A DNA stretch of 64,000 nucleotides from assembly GCA_963708065.1 (NCBI GenBank), contig CAVPRZ010000011.1:5195-69194 (forward strand), read 5' to 3'. Below are positions 60,512-64,000 of this stretch, one piece after another. Position 1 is the first letter of the stretch. Each line of letters starts with the position of its first letter. Origin of the DNA: an uncultured Chloroflexia bacterium (GTDB lineage: Bacteria > Chloroflexota > Limnocylindria > Limnocylindrales > CSP1-4). A program made the translations under genes and the position numbers. A model generated the notes under the pieces. That model was not told the origin of the DNA. It did no database searches and was given only the letters and a program-made list of their open reading frames with translations.

Positions 60512-61005
60512 GGCATCGGCATCCCGTAGCAGCGACCGACCCCATGGACTCCGATCCGTTGATCGACGATCATCTGGAGCCGTCCATCGATGATTGAGGC
60601 CGGGACGACGTAGCCGTGCTCGGGCGGGGTGGACTGAAGGACGGTTCGCTCGGCGCCCTTCACGAATACGTTCCCGGTTTCGACCTGCCACACCACGTCC
60701 GTGTAACCGTGGGCGGCGAGGAAAGCGGCGGCCTGCGGCGGCGTCATGCACTCCATCTCGGCGCCGGCGAGCGGTTGGCCGGGGTTCTCGACGCCTTCGT
60801 GCCCCTGGGCCAGGTTGTTTACGACGACCACGGCGGCGGTCGCCGTGGCGACGACGGCCAGGAGGAGCAACGGCGCCAGCGCCGCCGGGATCGCGAACCG
60901 TCCGCGGCGCGCGCGGCGGCGCAGGTCGGGCGGATCGTCGCGCCCCGGCGCGCGCGCCGCCAGGGCGGTCAGGCGGGTGTCCAGGTCGAGCTCGGTGTCG
61001 GTCAT
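60508..61005 (-). CDS. Single-pass membrane protein upstream of, and coupled to, the ECF sigma gene
   Basis: A short cytoplasmic N-terminus, TM helix ALAPLLLLAVVATATAAVVVV, and an extracytoplasmic domain of about 90 aa. Confidence 0.55.
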   Translation of the reverse strand: MTDTELDLDTRLTALAARAPGRDDPPDLRRRARRGRFAIPAALAPLLLLAVVATATAAVVVVNNLAQGHEGVENPGQPLAGAEMECMTPPQAAAFLAAHGYTDVVWQVETGNVFVKGAERTVLQSTPPEHGYVVPASIIDGRLQMIVDQRIGVHGVGRCYGMPMP

Positions 61006-61224
61006 CGGATCCCCTTCGCAGGTCCGACCGGCGTCGCTCGGGCGCCGGTCACCCATTACAACACCGGGCCACGCAGGATCCATGCAGCGCGCCCGGCCCG
61101 CCATGAGTGCCGCTCATTGCTGGCTGCGGATCCGTGCTGGCTCACGTCCTGACCACGCCAGTCAGAAGGTGAGGCAACTCGGATCTGGGGCAGCGCATGA
61201 GCCGGGCTCATACCTGCGAGCGGG

Positions 61225-61564
61225 TCAGCGCCAGCCCTCGGGGACGAGCTCCTCGGCCGATTCGAGGACGAGCAGCGTCGACGAGCCCCGGGGCGATCTC
61301 GCGCAGGTTCCGGCCCGCGGCGCGCATCGCGTCCGACGCGAGCCCGGCGTCGAGCGCGGCCCGGTCATCGAACGTCATCGCGGTGACGAGGACGAGGTCG
61401 CTCGGGACCCCGAGGCCCTCGACGACCCGGTCGCAGCGGATCGACCGCAGGCCCGGCGTCCCGGCGACGAGCGGGAGATGGGTCTCGGCATAGGCCCGCT
61501 CGAAGGCGGCCAGCGCTGCGGGCCCACCGTCCGGGCGCCGGAAGAGAGCGAGCAGCGTCGTCAC
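61225..61564 (-). pseudogene. EthD-domain (TIGR02118-like) protein, one frame change near the 3' end
   Basis: TLLALFRRPD..FERAYAETHLPLV..PGLR. The tail SSTLLVLESAEELVPEGWR* was recovered in another frame by manual translation. Confidence 0.55.
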
Positions 61565-62391
61565 ATCGAGCCTCCCTGGATCTCGACCGGGTGGTCGGTC
61601 GGGTGCCACGATCCTCCGCTTCGGCCGCGGGCGATCGTCTCCGTCGATCGGTAGAACTCGGCGCACGCCTCGTTGAAGAGGGCCGGCCGGCGGGCCATGA
61701 TCTCGTGCCCGCAGTCGGGGGCCACGAAGAGCCGCGCATCCGGCAACTGGCGCGACAGGCCCCAGGCATGGTCGACCGGCACGAAGACGTCGCGGTCGCC
61801 GACGGCGATCATCGCCGGGAGCTCGATCCGGCGGAGCTCGCGCGGCCCGAGGAGCGGCTGGTCGGCCACGTCGCGGGCGATCGCGGGCAGCAGGCGGCGC
61901 CACGTGTCGACCCCCTGGACGGGGTCGTGGCGGCGGGCCAGCGCCGCGGCTCGCTGGGGCTCGTTGCGGTCGATCCAGTCGGGGTCCATGAGCCGGCGGG
62001 CGACGCTCGCACGCGGCTCTCGCTGGGTCGTGATCCCGGCGACGATCAGGGTCCGGAGCCGCTCCGGCCAGCGGATCGCGAACTGGAGCCCGGTCATGGC
62101 GCCCATCGAGAAGCCGAGCAGGTGGAACGTCGCCAGCCCGACCGCGTCGGCGAACGCCGCCACGTCGTCGACGAGCGCCGCGTACGACCACCCGGCGGCT
62201 GGGTCCCAGCGGGTCGTCGCGTGACCGCGCGCGTCGGGCAGGAACACCTGGAACGCCCGCGAGAAGAGGGGCACCTGCGCCGCGAAGTCCTCGCGGCCCG
62301 ACGACGTCGCCCCGTGGAGCATGATCAGCGGCGGTCCGGCCCCCTGGACCTCGTAGCCGACGTCGAGGCCGTTCGCGAGGACGCTCGGCAC
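61561..62391 (-). CDS. Alpha/beta-fold hydrolase
   Basis: IMLHGATSS, nucleophile elbow GFSMGA, and CGHEI near the C-terminus. Confidence 0.75.
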   Translation of the reverse strand: MPSVLANGLDVGYEVQGAGPPLIMLHGATSSGREDFAAQVPLFSRAFQVFLPDARGHATTRWDPAAGWSYAALVDDVAAFADAVGLATFHLLGFSMGAMTGLQFAIRWPERLRTLIVAGITTQREPRASVARRLMDPDWIDRNEPQRAAALARRHDPVQGVDTWRRLLPAIARDVADQPLLGPRELRRIELPAMIAVGDRDVFVPVDHAWGLSRQLPDARLFVAPDCGHEIMARRPALFNEACAEFYRSTETIARGRSGGSWHPTDHPVEIQGGSM

Positions 62392-62394
62392 GGC

Positions 62395-62925
62395 TCAGCC
62401 CTCCTGGCGGCCTTCGACCGGAAGGGCCGCGGCCCGGTCGACCCGCAGGTAGCGGCGGCGGTAGTAGAGGAGCGGCTGGGGGTGGTGCTCCTCGTTGGCG
62501 ATCGCGTCGACGTGACCGAGGAACAGGTCGTGGTCGCCCGCCGGCCAGGTCTGGGTCACCGTGCACTCGAGCGAGGCGATCGAGCCGTCGAGGATCGGCA
62601 GGCCGGTGCTGCCGGGCGTCCAGGCCGCGCCACAGAAGTCCTCGCGGCCCGGCGTGACCGGCGCCCCGGCGAAGCAGTCCGAGAGCGCCTGCTGGTCCTC
62701 GGCCAGGATGCTCACCGCGAATCGGCCGGCCTCGTGGATGATCGGGGTGATGAACCGGCGACGGTCGAGCGCCACCAGGACGAGCGGCGGCTCGAGCGAC
62801 ACCGAGCTCAGCGCGTTGACCGTGATCCCGACCGGCCGGCCGCCGGCGTCGAAGGCCGTGACGACCGTGACCCCGGTCACGAAATGGCCCATGACCTTGC
62901 GGAACGGCTCCGGCGCGATCTCCAT
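62395..62925 (-). CDS. Flavin reductase-like (NAD(P)H:FMN oxidoreductase) domain protein
   Basis: FRKVMGHFVTGVTVVT..TVNALSSVSLEPPLVLVAL..GDHDLFLG. Confidence 0.8.
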   Translation of the reverse strand: MEIAPEPFRKVMGHFVTGVTVVTAFDAGGRPVGITVNALSSVSLEPPLVLVALDRRRFITPIIHEAGRFAVSILAEDQQALSDCFAGAPVTPGREDFCGAAWTPGSTGLPILDGSIASLECTVTQTWPAGDHDLFLGHVDAIANEEHHPQPLLYYRRRYLRVDRAAALPVEGRQEG

Positions 62926-62978
62926 GGCCGGAGTCTACGGGCAACGCGCGGCGAGCACGCCGCGACGCTCGCGGCCGG

Positions 62979-64000
62979 TCAGCCCTCGGCGAGCGGGTGG
63001 GTCATCGCGGCCGGATCGACCCAGGCCGTCGTATTCCTCGGGCGTGACGTAGCCCAGCTCGAGGGCCGCGTCGCGGAGCGAGCTCCCGGTCCGATGGGCG
63101 TGGAGCGCGATCTCGGCCGACTTCTCGTAGCCGATGTGCGGATTGAGCGCCGTCACCAGCATGAGCGAGTCCTCGAGGTGGCGGCGGATCGTCGGCAGGT
63201 TCGGCTCGATACCGACCGCGCAGTTCCGGTCGAATGAGCGGATCGCCTCGGCCAGCAGCGTCGCCGCCGTGAGCACGTTGTCGAGGATGACCGGCTTGAA
63301 CACGTTGAGCTGGAAGTTGCCCTGCGACCCGGCGAACGCGACCGCCGCGTCGCAGCCGAAGACCTGGACGGCGACCTGGGTCAGCGCCTCGCTCTGGGTC
63401 GGGTTGATCTTGCCGGGCATGATCGAGGAGCCAGGCTCGTTCTCGGGGATGAGCAGCTCGCCCAGCCCGGCCCGCGGACCGGACGCGTACCAGCGGACGT
63501 CGTTGGCGATCTTCATCGAGGCCACGGCCAGGGTCCGCAGGGCCCCCGAGGCGGCGACCATGGCGTCGTGGGCGGACAGCGCCGCGAACCGGTCGGCGGC
63601 GGCCCGGAACGGCCGGCCCGTCTCCGCGGCGATCCCGGCGATCGCCAGGTCGCCGAACCGGGCGTCGGCGTTGAGCCCGGTCCCGACCGCCGTCCCGCCG
63701 AGGGCCAGCTGGTAGAGCCCGGGGAGCGTCCCGCGGATCCCGTCGAGCGCCGCGTCGAGCTGCGCGGCCCAGCCGCCGATCACCTGGCCGAGCGTCACCG
63801 GGGTCGCGTCCTGAAGGTGGGTCCGCCCGAGCATCACGACCTCGGCGTAGGCGGCGGACTTCGCCCGGAGCGTGTCGCGCAGCGCCTCGACCGCCGGGAT
63901 CAGCGCGCCCTCGATCTCCTCGACGGCGGCGATGTGCATGACCGTCGGGAACGCGTCGTTCGAGGACTGCGAGCGGTTCACGTCGTCGTTCGGATGGACG
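62979..64000 (-). pseudogene. fumC: Class II fumarate hydratase; the 5' part lies beyond the window, with one frame change near the 3' end
   Basis: [18 protein letters not shown] and [17 protein letters not shown] (fumarase rather than aspartase). The tail [13 protein letters not shown] was recovered in another frame by manual translation. Confidence 0.8.

Noticed and set aside
61103-61211. Two ATGAG-N5-CTCAT palindromes (61103-61117, 61197-61211) upstream of the second ECF operon
   Set aside because: The arms are only 5 bp and there are just two copies. The second copy is equally well explained as a weak hairpin just after the EthD stop. This cannot be distinguished from chance without genome-wide data.

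Overview
Very high-GC bacterial chromosomal segment with GC3-biased codons, AGGAGG-type RBSs and many 1-4 nt stop/start overlaps. I found no transposase, integrase, phage gene or CRISPR array. The gene set (F420-type LLM oxidoreductase, DUF2029/GT87, FemAB-like, LAL regulator, ECF sigmas) resembles Actinomycetota or a related high-GC soil lineage, but the taxon cannot be assigned from sequence alone.

Content in order:
- Secreted TIGR03118-like protein.
- ppc, gltB, a GAF sensor kinase, amt and an OmpR-type regulator. All five are frame-disrupted.
- NUDIX hydrolase.
- A SAM-I riboswitch controlling a threonine-synthase-like gene and a MoaD/ThiS-like sulfur carrier.
- LAL/LuxR regulator.
- Solitary permuted N4/N6 DNA methyltransferase.
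- Membrane SH3 protein, NERD-like protein, proline dehydrogenase and an MFS transporter.
- tRNA-Ile(UAU).
- Mop-regulator-modA-modB operon, preceded by a structured palindrome array.
- Class-V aminotransferase and rhodanese as a divergent pair.
- ATP-dependent DNA ligase, a GNAT and an LLM oxidoreductase.
- OpuC-type ABC transporter.
- GT2 / flippase-like / unknown operon.
- Mo-oxidoreductase, FemAB-like protein, Lon-N domain protein and erpA.
- Phenylacetate cluster: paaABCD-paaH, three paralogous lipoproteins, then paaJ.
- A secreted repeat protein with an ECF sigma and anti-sigma.
- GT87-paaG-unknown-paaF.
- A second ECF module, then EthD, an alpha/beta hydrolase, a flavin reductase and a partial fumC.

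The ORF track is dominated by long Arg/Pro/Gly/Ala-rich shadow ORFs. Calls were therefore made from recognisable motifs, and many genes had to be stitched across frames.

Best candidates for novelty:
1. The SAM-riboswitch / ThrC-like / sulfur-carrier module.
2. The tandem palindrome-plus-hairpin array upstream of the mod operon.
3. The ECF module whose anti-sigma sensor domains are paralogous to the adjacent secreted protein.
4. The lipoprotein triad embedded in the paa operon.

Frameshifts are strongly non-uniform. That pattern is either an assembly artefact or real gene decay, and it must be resolved before any functional inference.
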